A stretch of 63,997 bases of DNA, filler included, from Octopus bimaculoides (GCF_001194135.2; 6 parts of 6 records of this genome joined end to end with filler, not necessarily neighbours in it), one strand, 5' to 3'; shown: positions 1 to 13,306, counted from the whole stretch's first letter. Translations and numbers: made by a program. Notes: a model not told the origin generated them from the letters alone.

Positions 1-28
<28 letters not shown>

Positions 29-33
<5 letters not shown>

Positions 34-242
34 TTGTCCCCCCCACCACCACCACCATCGCTTGACAACCGATGCTGGTGTGTTTACGTCCCTGTAACTT
101 AGCGGTTCGGCAAAGAGAGACATATAGAATAAGTACTAAACTTACAAAAGAATAAGTCCTGGGGTCGATTTTCTCGACTAAAGGCGGTGCTCCAGCATGG
201 CCGCAGTCAAATGACTGAAACAAGTAAAAGAGTAAAAGAATA
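29..242 (+). mobile_element. 3' half of octopus-type CORE/tRNA SINE (family A)
   Basis: tgtttgtccc...cttgacaaccgatgctggtgtg...gctccagcatggccgcagtcaaatgactgaaacaagtaaaagag. The same tail recurs many times in this window (e.g. 9560-9760, 24185-24402, 42590-42799). Confidence 0.85.
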
Positions 243-243
243 C

Positions 244-782
244 CAAAGGCACAAAACTTGAAATTCTGGGTGGGGGGAGACTAGTTCATTACATCGACCC
301 CATTGCGTAACTGGTAAATAATTTATCAACCCTCGAAAAGATGAAAGGCAGAATCCGACCTCGGCGGAATTTGAACCCAGAATGCAAAGACGGACGAAAT
401 GCCGCTAAACATTGTGCGCTGCTTGCTATCGATTCTGCCAACTCACTGTCTTAACAATAATGATAATAATCCTTTCTGTTATAGGCACAAGGCCTGAAAT
501 TTTGGGGAGGGGACAGGTCGATCATATTGACCCCAGTGCGTAACGGCTACTTATTTCATCGAACACGAAAGGATGAAAGGCGAAGTCGACGAAATTTGAA
601 CTCAGAACGCAAAGGTGAACGAATCACTGCTAAGCCTTTTTGCCCAGAGTGCTAACGATTCTGCCAGCTCACTTGCCTTAGAAAGAAGATATGCAAAAAT
701 ATGCTACAACAATAATGATCCTTTCTACTAAAGGCACTGATCCTTAATTTATCAACCCCGAAAGGATAAAAGCAAAGTCGGG
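244..782 (-). mobile_element. Two to three tandem copies of tRNA-derived SINE (family B)
   Basis: Reverse complement of the family B unit (gagctggcagaatcgttagc A-box region, gagttcaaattcc B-box, ggggtcgat core) repeated at ~244-450, ~483-680 and a partial copy at ~727-782. Confidence 0.75.
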
Positions 783-971
783 ATCTTTTTTAAAACGGGG
801 GCCACATTTTTCATTAATGTTTTACGTAGTGTTTTTGGTACCGAAAGACTTTCAAACTTCGTATACTTATCTATTTTGTGTTATAGAACAGAAAAATATT
901 TTTGTATTCGAATTTATTTCATGTAAAAAATTGTCTTATTTCGATAATTTCAACCAATCACTGACAAGTAG

Positions 972-1003
972 TGTTAAGTTGGTGGTTAACCACCAACTTA
1001 ACA
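972..1003. repeat. Perfect 32-bp palindrome
   Basis: tgttaagttggtggtt|aaccaccaacttaaca is exactly self-reverse-complementary with no spacer. Confidence 0.95.
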
Positions 1004-1139
1004 TGCTCATCCTTCACACTCATGTTGTCTATTTCAATACAAGATATTCCAGCAATATGATGCGTTTTTCACATTTTCTAAGCGTGAAAACAATTTCATA
1101 AGAATTGGAAGTTCAGTACTGTATACTCGTACACGTAGT

Positions 1140-1519
1140 GGAGGCGCAATGGCCCAGTGTTTAGGGCAGCGGACTCGCGGTCGTAGGATCACGGTTTCGA
1201 TTCCCAAACCGGGCGCTGTGAGTGTTTATTGAGCGAAAACACCTAAAGCTCCACGAGGCTCCGGCAGGGGATGGTGGCGAACCCTGCTGTACTCTTCCAC
1301 CACAACTTTCTCTCACTCTTTCTTCCTGTTTCTGTTGTACCTGTATTTCAAAGGGTCAGCCTTGTCACACTGTGTCACGCTGAATATCCCCGAGAACTAC
1401 GTTAATGGTACACGTGTCTGTGGAGTGCTCAGCCACTTGCGCGTTAATTTCACGAGTAGGCTGTTCCGTTGATCCGATCAACTGGAACCCTCGACGTCGT
1501 AAGCGACGGAGTGCCAACA
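1140..1519 (+). mobile_element. Full-length tRNA-derived SINE (family C) with perfect 15-bp target-site duplication
   Basis: A-box-like tggcccagtg and B-box-like ggtttcgattcc. TSD actcgtacacgtagt at 1125-1139 and 1520-1534. Other copies at 11381-11722(-), 39881-40131(+), 47824-48024(-), 49554-49798(-). Confidence 0.9.
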
Positions 1520-1792
1520 ACTCGTACACGTAGTTTCAAATGTAAAAGTGTGTCATCTTCAATAGAATTTCTTAATTTGTCGTACATGTATATTTTAAGT
1601 AACATTTTAATTGCTAGCATCAGTACCCGATACGCATTTAAGATATGGTACGGTAAGGTAGGATATTAAGATACTTTAAATGAGGAGGGTGGTCGATGCG
1701 GAAGGAGAAGTGGCTAAAGAGGGTCGATGGTCGAAAGAGTTAGGTGACCCCTGAATTAATATATTAATTTTTACACATTTACACAAATTCGG

Positions 1793-1835
<43 letters not shown>

Positions 1836-2118
1836 TGAAAAGGAACATACGAGTTGATATATATATGGAAAGAAAGTCAAGGTAGAAAATGCTAAGATAA
1901 TTTTATAAAAAGCATTTTAGTACCGGTTTCCTTCATTGAGACTTTTTCAACTCTAAGTATAGAAAACAATTAAATTTTGGAAAAGTTAAGTGAAAAACTT
2001 TTTAAAAGAACATTTGCATAGTATTCGAATACAAGGGGCATTTTCCTTGGTTCTGTCTGTCTCAGTCTCTCATGTTTACTCTTGTGGGTTCTTTTATATA
2101 CATATATACATATACATA

Positions 2119-2548
2119 TTCTTTTATTCTTTATTTGTTTCAGTCATTTGACTGGGGCCATGCTGGAGCATCGCCTTTAGTCGAACAAATCGACCCTAGG
2201 ACTCATTCTTTGTAAGCCTAGTACTTATTCTATCGGTCTCTTTTGCCAACATCGGTTGTCAAGTGATGATGGGGGGGGGGGGCACAAACACAGACACACA
2301 AACATATACATACATATGTGTGTGTGTTTTGTGTGTGCGCGCCCGCGCCCGCGCGTCGCGTGCAATTTGCCTCCACATAATTTCCGTCTACTAAATTCAC
2401 TCACAAGAGGTTATGATACAAAATGCTTTCCCAAGATGACATGCCGCTCACTAGGACTGAGCCCGAAACCACATAGTCGNNNNNNNNNNNNNNNNNNNNN
2501 NNNNNNNNNNNNNNNNNNNNNNNNNNNNNNNNNNNNNNNNNNNNNNNN

Positions 2549-2591
<43 letters not shown>

Positions 2592-2750
2592 TACATATAC
2601 ACGACAGGGTTCTTTCAGTTTCCGTCTACCAAATCCACTCACAAGGCTTTGGTCGGCCCGAGGCTATAGTAGACACTTGCCCAAGGTGCCACACAGTGGG
2701 ACTGAACCCGGAATCATGTGGTTGGTAAGTAAGCTACTTGTCACAAAGCC
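2119..2750 (-). mobile_element. Family A CORE-SINE spanning an assembly gap at its internal (TA)n tract
   Basis: Tail in reverse at 2119-2300; head/CORE in reverse (acacttgcccaaggtgcc) at ~2600-2750. Confidence 0.75.
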
Positions 2751-3195
2751 ACATATACATACATATGTGTGTGTGTTTTGTGTGTGCGCGCCCGCGCCCG
2801 CGCGTCGCGTGCAATTTGCCTCCACATAATTTCCGTCTACTAAATTCACTCACAAGAGGTTATGATACAAAATGCTTTCCCAAGATGACATGCCGCTCAC
2901 TAGGACTGAGCCCGAAACCACATAGTCGCAAATCGAGCTTTTAAACAGCGCTCCAAAACCTGAACCTACCAAACCGACCACATTTTTTCTTTTCTGTTTG
3001 TTTGTTTTCGAGCCAGCGTTTTATACAATTTTTTAAAAAGCGGAAGTGAATTTGATCGTAAATATCTAATGTCGTCATTCGCTACGGCGGATGAATTGGT
3101 ATTTGCATGTCCTACGCTTTCGCTAATTGTTAAGTGCAGGACTAACCGCAAACTGACACGGAATTTTTCTTTGACTTCACGCGATTGATCTAGCT

Positions 3196-3450
3196 CAGTG
3201 CTTCTCAATAGGAGTCAATATGAACTTTGGGGGCCCACATAAGATTTTTTTTTTGTTAGAATTCATATACAATGAAATCGGTTATATTTCTGCAATGCAC
3301 AAAATATTCTAACAATTTGTTTTGTATACTAAATAGTATACAAGTATAAAAATATAATAGGATTTTTAGAACACCGATTAGTTATAAGTGTCCACCTGAG
3401 TAGAATAGGAATTAAGGGGTTCCATGGGCAAAACATGGTTGAAAACACGG
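3196..3450. mobile_element. hAT/Charlie-type MITE
   Basis: Left end cagtgcttctcaa, right end ttgaaaacacgg (degenerate TIR). 8-bp flanks atctagct / atctagca contain the TCTAG target typical of Charlie elements. Confidence 0.65.
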
Positions 3451-3612
3451 ATCTAGCAGAACTTTCAAGATGTAAAAGCTGATGAGGGGTTGCAGTACTT
3501 AGCACTTTCTACATCGTCCTTGACAATCGACTGTACCGTGCTTTCGTTAATTTTCAATTTGCCTCTGTCGTACACAAGTACGTACACAAGTAGGTATAGA
3601 AACCGTCTCGGC

Positions 3613-3924
3613 TCTCTCTCTTTCTCTCCTCTCTCTTTCTCTCCCCTCTCTCTCTCCCTCTCCCCTCTCTTTCTCTCTTACTTTCTCTCCTTCTCTCTCT
3701 CGTTCTTTTTTTCATCTATCTCTCTCTTTCTCTCTCTTTTTCTCTCTTTCTTTCTTTCTCTCTCAACTATCTCTTTCTCTTCCTCTGTTCTTCCTCTTCT
3801 CTCTCTCTCTTCTCTCTCTCTCTCTTCTCTCTCTCTCTTCTCTCTCTCTCTCTCTATGTCTATCTCTATCTCTCACAATCTATCTATCTTTCTTTCTCTT
3901 GCTCAATCTCTCTTTTTCTTTCCA

Positions 3925-4006
<82 letters not shown>

Positions 4007-4020
4007 ACTCCCTCTCTCTG
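3613..4020. repeat. Degenerate (CT)n polypyrimidine microsatellite
   Basis: ~400 bp almost entirely C/T. It explains the spurious S/L-rich ORFs here. Confidence 0.95.
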
Positions 4021-4204
4021 TCAACTTATGAAATGTAAGAGTTTCTTTTTTGCCATACCCTGTACATACGAGGGGTTTCCTTCAATTTCCGTCAACCAAG
4101 TTCCTTCACAAGGCATTGTTTGGTCCGAAACTATAGTAAAAAAAAAAAAACATTTGTCCAGGGCGATGCGTTTTATTGTTACCAGAAATGATATAAATAT
4201 GAAT

Positions 4205-4420
4205 GTACGTGACTTAGTCGTTAAGGTATTGCACTCATGAACGTAAGATTGTGGTTTCGATTCCTGGACTGAGTGATGCGTTGCGTTCTTCAGCAAAACA
4301 CACCCTTTCACTTTGCCCCAGTTCACTCAAGTGGCAAAAATGAGTAATTCAGCAATTGACAGGCATCCCAACGAGGCAGGGAATATGTCCGCCACAGAAT
4401 CCGGAAAACCAGTCTTGTGG
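4205..4420 (+). mobile_element. Old tRNA-derived SINE (fourth family)
   Basis: gtgacttagtcgttaagg A-box-like and ggtttcgattcc B-box-like motifs, then ttcactttgccccagttcactc; a related head at ~57783-57900. Confidence 0.55.
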
Positions 4421-5387
4421 GTTTAAAGCTCGGAAAGAATCTTTGGTCTTTTTTGTCTTTTTTTTATATTCTAGACATAAATACTGTAATGAAGGACCAC
4501 AATGGATAATGTTCAGATTACTTTTTAAACAGATGGTTATGGTTGGAAGGCCTTCGACCGTGGGTCTTGTCTATCACTGGTGATCGGTCTGCTTCAAATG
4601 GCAGCTATTTACCATTAAATTATATCCTACATTAGATGATGTAACCCGGGCTACATGTTTCTTGAGAAAATACGACATTATAGTCATGGCTTAAAATATT
4701 TTTATCAAAAGTGTGCTTGATTAGTGCCGACTTGAGGCCAAACAACGCAATTAGGCATGAAATAATGCAACAGTAAACTCCTCTTATCTGGTACTCAGAT
4801 AATCAGAAATCTCAAGCAACCGTCATCCAGAAAAATAAAAGATCTGTTATTAATTAGAGTCATGAGAATTTGTGCTAATTTGTGATAATTAATTGCCATT
4901 AAAAGAAAGTCAGTGTCTACTGTATCTAAAATAGACCACTGCTTCTCAAAGTACAATGTTTTATTGTACTATAATTACAGTACTTGCATTTCATTAAGTA
5001 AATAAAACTTGCTTTTAACTTAAACTATACTTTTATGTCTTTCTATTTCATTTCTGCTATATTGAGAATATCAATGATAATAGTGATGTATAAATATATA
5101 TATATAAATCTTTAATGAGTTTTCAAGGCGTTATGGTAATTCAAAAAGTGATTATAAGATACCCGACAACACACCGGTTCCAATGATGCCCTAATTTTCA
5201 CGCTATACACTGCGACTGATGTATCTACAAAACAACTATATATTACTATGACATTTACGCGCGTGTGTGTGTGTTTGTGTGTGCGTGCGCGCGTCTGTGT
5301 GTGTGTATTTGTCTGTGTGTCTATGTAGATAGACAGACATACAGAGACAGACAGATAGACAGAAAGACAGATAAATAGCTAGCTAGC

Positions 5388-5425
<38 letters not shown>

Positions 5426-7859
5426 TGACTTGCTTCCTTCATTTTCCTCTTGCTAAATCCACTCACAAGACTTTAGTTGACCCTGGAAAATAATAGCAGA
5501 TACTTGCCAAAGATTCCATATAGTGGAACTCGACCCAGAACCATGTGGTTGAGAAGCAAACTTCTCGACACACAGTGACTATATAATATGTGGCTGTACA
5601 CACTCAAACACGCACAAACACAAACACAAAAGACCTATTACTTCATTACATTTCAAACAGATTCAGCACTGACTTGCTGAAGCAGAATTTTCTAGAACTT
5701 TCATTATAACAAATATTCTGCTCAATACCTCAGATTTTCTTGTCAGTTGTTTGTCTTAACCACTTGAGCATGTCTCTTAGTGACTGACAATATGTACATC
5801 TCTGATCATAAGCAGGACCAACATTGAGAGGAATTCTTTGGGGTTTGAATAAATATCGTAACAAAAGTTTGAAGGAAATATTAACTATTTTCTAGATATA
5901 AGCAAATTGGAAATAACAGTTGCTACCCTGGGACAAAAATCATGTTACACAATATTATTATTAGTATAGCCATTCTTACTTTAACACACAGCCTACCTGT
6001 CCATCTTTGTACTGTTGTGTATTACCAATGATGATATGATGACCACCACTAAATGTTTGCTACTACAGTGTTGTAAAGATATTTTCTACATCAAGCAACC
6101 CTACATTAAGTGTCATAAATCTTTTATAGAAAACAAAAATAAGTAGTGACATTTGAACGCATAGAAATTCTCTGAGAAATACTGCATCTTTACAACCAAA
6201 AAGTTTTCAAACAGTAAGACAAAATATAACGTCAAAATTGAAGGTTTTAAGACGTTATTCTTGAAAACAATTTATATAGCTTGTTAGTATGAACGATAAA
6301 TAAGGAACTGGAGTGATGTAGATGAAAAATGAAACAGGTTGATGTCCAGAGGGCACATAATTAAAATAGACTGCTGGTATATCAGCAAAAAATGAGTTTT
6401 ATATGTCGAACTTTCTACAGTTAATAACCCAAATTTTCTCAAGGTCACATTATATCATTCTAACATGGAATAGCTATATATATATATATNNNNNNNNNNN
6501 NNNNNNNNNNNNNNNNNNNNNNNNNNNNNNNNNNNNNNNNNNNNNNNNNNNNNNNNNNNNNNNNNNNNNNNNNNNNNNNNNNNNNNNNNNNNNNNNNNNN
6601 NNNNNNNNNNNNNNNNNNNNNNNNNNNNNNNNNNNNNNNNNNNNNNNNNNNNNNNNNNNNNNNNNNNNNNNNNNNNNNNNNNNNNNNNNNNNNNNNNNNN
6701 NNNNNNNNNNNNNNNNNNNNNNNNNNNNNNNNNNNNNNNNNNNNNNNNNNNNNNNNNNNNNNNNNNNNNNNNNNNNNNNNNNNNNNNNNNNNNNNNNNNN
6801 NNNNNNNNNNNNNNNNNNNNNNNNNNNNNNNNNNNNNNNNNNNNNNNNNNNNNNNNNNNNNNNNNNNNNNNNNNNNNNNNNNNNNNNNNNNNNNNNNNNN
6901 NNNNNNNNNNNNNNNNNNNNNNNNNNNNNNNNNNNNNNNNNNNNNNNNNNNNNNNNNNNNNNNNNNNNNNNNNNNNNNNNNNNNNNNNNNNNNNNNNNNN
7001 NNNNNNNNNNNNNNNNNNNNNNNNNNNNNNNNNNNNNNNNNNNNNNNNNNNNNNNNNNNNNNNNNNNNNNNNNNNNNNNNNNNNNNNNNNNNNNNNNNNN
7101 NNNNNNNNNNNNNNNNNNNNNNNNNNNNNNNNNATATATATATATATATACAGGAAGATGTCCGAGAAAGATTATGCCTAAAACAAAAACTGAATGGTTA
7201 CAGCTTGAACACGGTCTTTTCACAAGTCTACTCAGTCGGAGGTGGTCTGGAGTTAAATAGCAACATGTTTGTGTGTATGAATTATAGAGATAAAAATTGA
7301 CCAAAGTGCGCATATATTAAGCTAGATGTAAAGTTAGAGTTCCCGTATCTGATGTAAAAAGCATAAGAATGCAAACTACAAATTATGTAGTAAATAAAAT
7401 ATGATGTTAGTCAATGCCTCATTGTAGACCCGACAGGATTCAGCACTATTTCCGTCAACCAAATTTCATTCATAACGTTTTGGTCAATCCGAAGCTTTCG
7501 TTTTCATTTTCTCTGGGGTTTTTCTTTTGGCTTTTTTTTTGTTTTGTTTTATTTGTTTGTTTTGTTTTTGTTTTTGTTTTGTTTTTTCCTGGCGGCCGAC
7601 GAATTTTGAAGTCGTACTAGCAGTGCATTTTTTTCTATGAGCTTGAATTACCCAGCATTGTTGTTCATTTTTGTTGTGTATATAAATGGATTAAAGGTCC
7701 TTCCCGACCCATAGGCTCATAAAGCCGGTTTCCCCGAATTACTGGCGTATATGTTCCCCCTTTTTGGGTGGAGTATCCCATATCTAGTCAGCAACTTCCT
7801 TGTCTTTCTGTCTAAGCTATTTAGTTCGTCTACTGTCCATGCGATTACCCCTGCTCCAT

Positions 7860-8496
7860 ATCAAAGTAGTGAAACCACCTAGGTGTTGATAGCATCAATC
7901 TTATTCCGTCCGTTTAATTTCGACTTAAGGATCAGTCTCAGTCTGCGCAAGTACTCCACCTTAAGTTNNNNNNNNNNTCAGTCTCAGTCTGCGCAAGTAC
8001 TCCACCTTAAGTTTTTCTGTCATTTCTTTCTCCATCAATTTATCCATTTCCAATATCCCCAAGCACTTACAGCCCGTCTCTTCTATCTGCTTCATAACCT
8101 CCCCCGACGATGTTGCTAGCCCGTCCATACATTTGATTTTTGCCTCTCTTCAAGACTAACACACCACACTTTTTCAGTTCGAACTCCATTCTGATATCAA
8201 CATTGAAAGTATACACCGTATCAACGAGGGAACTGACTTGGGCTTCATCTTTACCATAAAGTTTGAGGTCATCCATGAATAACAAATGGTTGACTTTTGT
8301 TGGCGGCTTTTGAATACATAGCCAGCTTTTGCTTTCCTCAGAATCAGTGTTAGTGGTATCAAGCACAGTACAAAGATCAGTGGGGACAGGCAGTCTTCTT
8401 GGAAGATGCCCCTCCTGATTTCTACTGTCCCTAAACTTCTTCCATATGCTGTCAATTCCGTCCTCCACTTCGCCATACTTTTTCCAAGCAATCTCT
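7860..8496 (-). mobile_element. Decayed non-LTR retrotransposon RT fragment, R4/Dong/NeSL-like
   Basis: RGIFQEDCLSPLIFVLCLIPLT and, after a frameshift, KVNHLLFMDDLKLYGK...MEFELKKCGVLVLKRGK. These match the GIFQGDxLSP and HLLYMDDLKL signatures of R4-clade RTs. Confidence 0.85.
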
Positions 8497-8989
8497 NNNN
8501 NNNNNNNNNNNNNNNNNNNNNNNNNNNNNNNNNNNNNNNNNNNNNNNNNNNNNNNNNNNNNNNNNNNNNNNNNNNNNNNNNNNNNNNNNNNNNNNNNNNN
8601 NNNNNNNNNNNNNNNNNNNNNNNNNNNNNNNNNNNNNNNNNNNNNNNNNNNNNNNNNNNNNNNNNNNNNNNNNNNNNNNNNNNNNNNNNNNNNNNNNNNN
8701 NNNNNNNNNNNNNNNNNNNNNNNNNNNNNNNNNNNNNNNNNNNNNNNNNNNNNNNNNNNNNNNNNNNNNNNNNNNNNNNNNNNNNNNNNNNNNNNNNNNN
8801 NNNNNNNNNNNNNNNNNNNNNNNNNNNNNNNNNNNNNNNNNNNNNNNNNNNNNNNNNNNNNNNNNNNNNNNNNNNNNNNNNNNNNNNNNNNNNNNNNNNN
8901 NNNNNNNNNNNNNNNNNNNNNNNNNNNNNNNNNNNNNNNNNNNNNNNNNNNNNNNNNNNNNNNNNNNNNNNNNNNNNNNNNNNNNNNNN

Positions 8990-9027
<38 letters not shown>

Positions 9028-9451
9028 CTATGTTAACTTCATAAAGGGATGGTTACATCCAACGGAATGCTGGTTCGACACCTAGTATTACTGGGGAATG
9101 AAATTCCACTAAAACTATTGGTATATATCAAGCATATAGTTCATATCCTGTTAAATGAAGAAAAGAAAATGGAGAGTAGAAAGTTAATAATTATTCATTA
9201 TTAACAAATTGGCAGTCTTTACTCCTTACAGCCGTATCCATTAATACTCAATGATTTATTTACAAATTTGCATTGATATGCTGTGAGCATAATTTCATCA
9301 AAGAAACAAAGATATACCTTAAGATGTTACATGCCGACCTATCAGTTCAAACCAACAGACTAAATATGATGATTTATTATTTTGATATTATAATGTGCGG
9401 CTGAAGGGTTAATGGATTGATTAGAATGTAATGATGAATAAAAAAAAATAT

Positions 9452-9760
9452 CCTCGAGCCGACCAAAGCCTTGTGACTGGATTTGGTAGACGGAAACTGA
9501 AAGAAGCCCGTCGTATATATGTATATATATATGTATATGTATGTGTGTGTATATGTTATGTGTCTGTGTTTGTTCCCCCTCCCCAACATCGCTTGACAAC
9601 CGATGGTGGTGTGTTTATGTCCCCGTAACTTAGCGGTTCGGCAAAAGAGACCGATAGAATAAGTACTAGGCTTACAAAGAATAAGTCCTGGGGTCGATTT
9701 GCTCGACTAAAGGCGGTGCTCCAGCATGGCCGCAGTCAAAGGACTGAAACAAGTAAAAGG
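9452..9760 (+). mobile_element. 5'-truncated family A CORE-SINE with internal TA/TG tract
   Basis: gccgaccaaagccttgtg...gaaactgaaagaagcccgtcg-(TA/TG)n-tail. Confidence 0.85.
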
Positions 9761-9970
9761 GTAAAGTAAAGTAGAAATAAATGAAGAAAATTAAAATAAG
9801 TACGATAAGTGAGTGAAAAGAATAAAAATATTTATTTATAAGATATAAGAGTATAAAACATACACACACACACACATATATGTTTTCAGTTTAGCATTCT
9901 GCCTTATTATTATTTTTCATTTTCCTATTATTTCTCCACGTGCGGTTAACACAACCCCACCATTTACTGA

Positions 9971-10009
<39 letters not shown>

Positions 10010-10912
10010 NNNNNNNNNNNNNNNNNNNNNNNNNNNNNNNNNNNNNNNNNNNNNNNNNNNNNNNNNNNNNNNNNNNNNNNNNNNNNNNNNNNNNNNNNNN
10101 NNNNNNNNNNNNNNNNNNNNNNNNNNNNNNNNNNNNNNNNNNNNNNNNNNNNNNNNNNNNNNNNNNNNNNNNNNNNNNNNNNNNNNNNNNNNNNNNNNNN
10201 NNNNNNNNNNNNNNNNNNNNNNNNNNNNNNNNNNNNNNNNNNNNNNNNNNNNNNNNNNNNNNNNNNNNNNNNNNNNNNNNNNNNNNNNNNNNNNNNNNNN
10301 NNNNNNNNNNNNNNNNNNNNNNNNNNNNNNNNNNNNNNNNNNNNNNNNNNNNNNNNNNNNNNNNNNNNNNNNNNNNNNNNNNNNNNNNNNNNNNNNNNNN
10401 NNNNNNNNNNNNNNNNNNNNNNNNNNNNNNNNNNNNNNNNNNNNNNNNNNNNNNNNNNNNNNNNNNNNNNNTCCTTTTTCTGACGTCCTGTACCCGGATA
10501 TGCATCTATATATACATGTAGATGTAGGTATGTACATATATGTATGTATACATGCATATGTTCATATATCATTTGTATTATATATATATATATACATATA
10601 TATACATATGTGCATGTGTGTGTATGTGCGTATGTATGTACGTACGTACGCACATACGCATGTATGTATGTATGTATGTTTGTATACTGTCCTTCATTTG
10701 TTAGTGGTATCATGCATGTTCTCTTCATATTCAGCATGGTTTCCTGCTCTTTTGTACAGAACGATCTCAGGTCCATCTAGCCGTCATTTTGCATATAATG
10801 GCTGTCTTAGTAAAGAGTACGTGAAAAGACGCGTCATTACTCATAGTTACCCTCGGGTCACATACTGTCTATTACTCTAAAATTACAATCCCTCCAGTGA
10901 CTGTGTGTCTGA

Positions 10913-10971
<59 letters not shown>

Positions 10972-11380
10972 CACGCGAGCGTGTGATAAATTAACACAGG
11001 TTCGAATGAAAGAGGCGATAAGAAGAATCAACAAAATTAAATAAAATATGTTGTTGTCATGGTGTCATATAAGATTGTATTGTGACTAATTATTCATGTT
11101 ACGGTAAAACTGTAAGAGCTGGTCTGAAATCCGTTGCTATAGTAATGCCGTAGTGTTGTAACAGAACATACAGGCCTTGTGTATGGATGGATGGATGGAT
11201 GGATGGATGTTCTATTTCTCTTTTTAATTTTTGACCGGTCACCTACTTGGTCACAAGGTTGTGAAAGAAAGCATCTTGTTTTAACTATCATCCTTTAAAA
11301 CTTTAGGTCTTCCAGATTTTTATAGTTCCCTTTGTAGCGTATGAATGAAGGATTTGCGTTCTCTCCCCAAGATCCCAAAT

Positions 11381-11722
11381 TCGAGGGTTCCAGTTGATCC
11401 GGTCAACGGAACAGCCTGCTCGTGAAATTAACGTGCAAGTGGCTGAGCACTCCACAGACACGTGGTTCTCGGGGATATTCAGCGTTACACAGTGCGACAA
11501 GGCTGACCCTTTGAATTACAGGCACAACAGAAACAGGAAGAAAGAGTGAGAGATAGTTGTGGTGAAAGACTACAGCAGGGTTCGCCACCATCCCCTGCCG
11601 GAGCCTCGTGGAGCTTTAGGTGTTTTCGCTCAATAAACACTCACAGCGCCCGGTCTGAGAATCGAAATCGTGATCCTATGCCCGCGAGTCTGCTGCCCTA
11701 ACCACTGGGCCATTGCGCCTCC
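11381..11722 (-). mobile_element. Family C SINE
   Basis: Reverse complement of the 1140-1519 element. Confidence 0.85.
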
Positions 11723-11761
11723 AACAAATTCAGCCATACTTTGCTCCAGACGAATTGGGTG

Positions 11762-11960
11762 TATCCTCTTGCTCCAACAATAATAGGTATGAAGCTGAAA
11801 GTGTAACTTGGGTACTGGATTTACAAACTCTGTATCAATGGTTCATAGATGTCCTCCTTCTCTTGTATTTTTCTAACCACATTAGTGTCGAGAGGGCAGC
11901 TGATTTCCACAACAGAACATATTTTTTCCTTGTGGTCCCAGACAGTCTATCATTCTGAAA
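11762..11960 (-). mobile_element. Restriction-like endonuclease (RLE) fragment of an R2/R4/NeSL-type retrotransposon (not in ORF track)
   Basis: Manual translation TVWDHKEKICSVVEISCPLDTNVVRKIQEKEDIYEPLIQSL*IQYPSYTFSFIPIIVGARGY matches the xEIxCP-D...K..EK..Y..L...PIIVGA.G pattern of RLE domains; one in-frame stop. Confidence 0.75.
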
Positions 11961-12791
11961 GATGCCTTTTTGGTCGTGAATGCTCTCCGACTCAATTTGC
12001 TCACTATCACTCCTAAGTTTTGGTCAGGTATTCAATAGCAATGTATGTATGTATGTATGTGTGTGTGCGTCTGTGTGTGTATATGCGCGCGCGCGCTGTG
12101 TGACTGAATGCACGAATGCATTGGACAAGAAACGCTGAAAAGCATGTAATAAATACAAATAGATTAGTGCTCAGACCTGATAAAATACCTAACATTCAAC
12201 GTAAAATGATGGCAGACAGAACCCAGGCAAACAACAGTTGGTCATAGTAAATGTATCAATTGAGCTAATGAAAATATAATAAATAACATAAAAGATGGAT
12301 AAATGATTGGTAATGGCATCAAAGCATATATAAATAATTAATTATACAGATGTGAGCATAAATATAAATAAACAGAACAGGAAAGACACAAATGTGAAAC
12401 TTCAAAGTAGTTCTTTGATAGGTAAATATCCAGAAAGTTCATATCAAAGATAAAAGAAAAGAGAATTCAGGTGGTCCTTCATAACAGTTCTTCATAGATA
12501 TGTAGATGTTCGGAGAGTTAATAATTTAGCATCATACATAATTCGAGCAATCTTTTACAGCTGTTTCTGAGGTGCGGTAATCATTAAAAGCAGTAGCGTT
12601 CATTGTGTGTACATATACATGAAATAACTCGGTGTTAAGGAATCTGTTATGAAATAACACAAGCTTTTCTGCTTAAATGAAATAACTAAAGCTGTACAAC
12701 TAATTCTCATTTCTGTATAACTAATTTATAAATGTTTATGATGCCATTAACAGTCTTTATTATACTATATATAAATGTACGTATACATGTA

Positions 12792-12834
<43 letters not shown>

Positions 12835-13257
12835 NNNNNNNNNNNNNNNNNNNNNNNNNNNNNNNNNNNNNNNNNNNNNNNNNNNNNNNNNNNNNNNNNN
12901 NNNNNNNNNNNNNNNNNNNNNNNNNNNNNNNNNNNNNNNNNNNNNNNNNNNNNNNNNNNNNNNNNNNNNNNNNNNNNNNNNNNNNNNNNNNNNNNNNNNN
13001 NNNNNNNNNNNNNNNNNNNNNNNNNNNNNNNNNNNNNNNNNNNNNNNNNNNNNNNNNNNNNNNNNNNNNNNNNNNNNNNNNNNNNNNNNNNNNNNNNNNN
13101 NNNNNNNNNNNNNNNNNNNNNNNNNNNNNNNNNNNNNNNNNNNNNNNNNNNNNNNNNNNNNNNNNNNNNNNNNNNNNNNNNNNNNNNNNNNNNNNNNNNN
13201 NNNNNNNNNNNNNNNNNNNNNNNNNNNNNNNNNNNNNNNNNNNNNNNNNNNNNNNNN

Positions 13258-13306
<49 letters not shown>

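Noticed and set aside
1140-1215. tRNA genes at SINE heads (also 39881, 42395, 14031)
   Set aside because: A/B boxes are present but they run straight into SINE bodies, and no cloverleaf with an acceptor stem is evident.
780-1753. A single hAT element enclosing the palindrome and the family C SINE
   Set aside because: Only a right-end-like motif (ttaggtgacccctg) is visible; no matching left TIR or TSD could be found.
3490-4240. Long S/L/F-rich ORFs as membrane proteins
   Set aside because: They are translations of a (CT)n tract.
6403-7313. Long ORFs that run through N gaps (many across the window)
   Set aside because: Length comes from X residues and (TA)n/(TG)n tracts.
10760-10880. Plus-strand exon candidate after ttttgtacag
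   Set aside because: No recognisable protein in any phase and no convincing donor.
7860-11960. RT (7860-8496) and RLE (11762-11960) fragments as one R4 element
   Set aside because: On the minus strand the RLE would come before the RT, the reverse of the native RT-then-RLE order.
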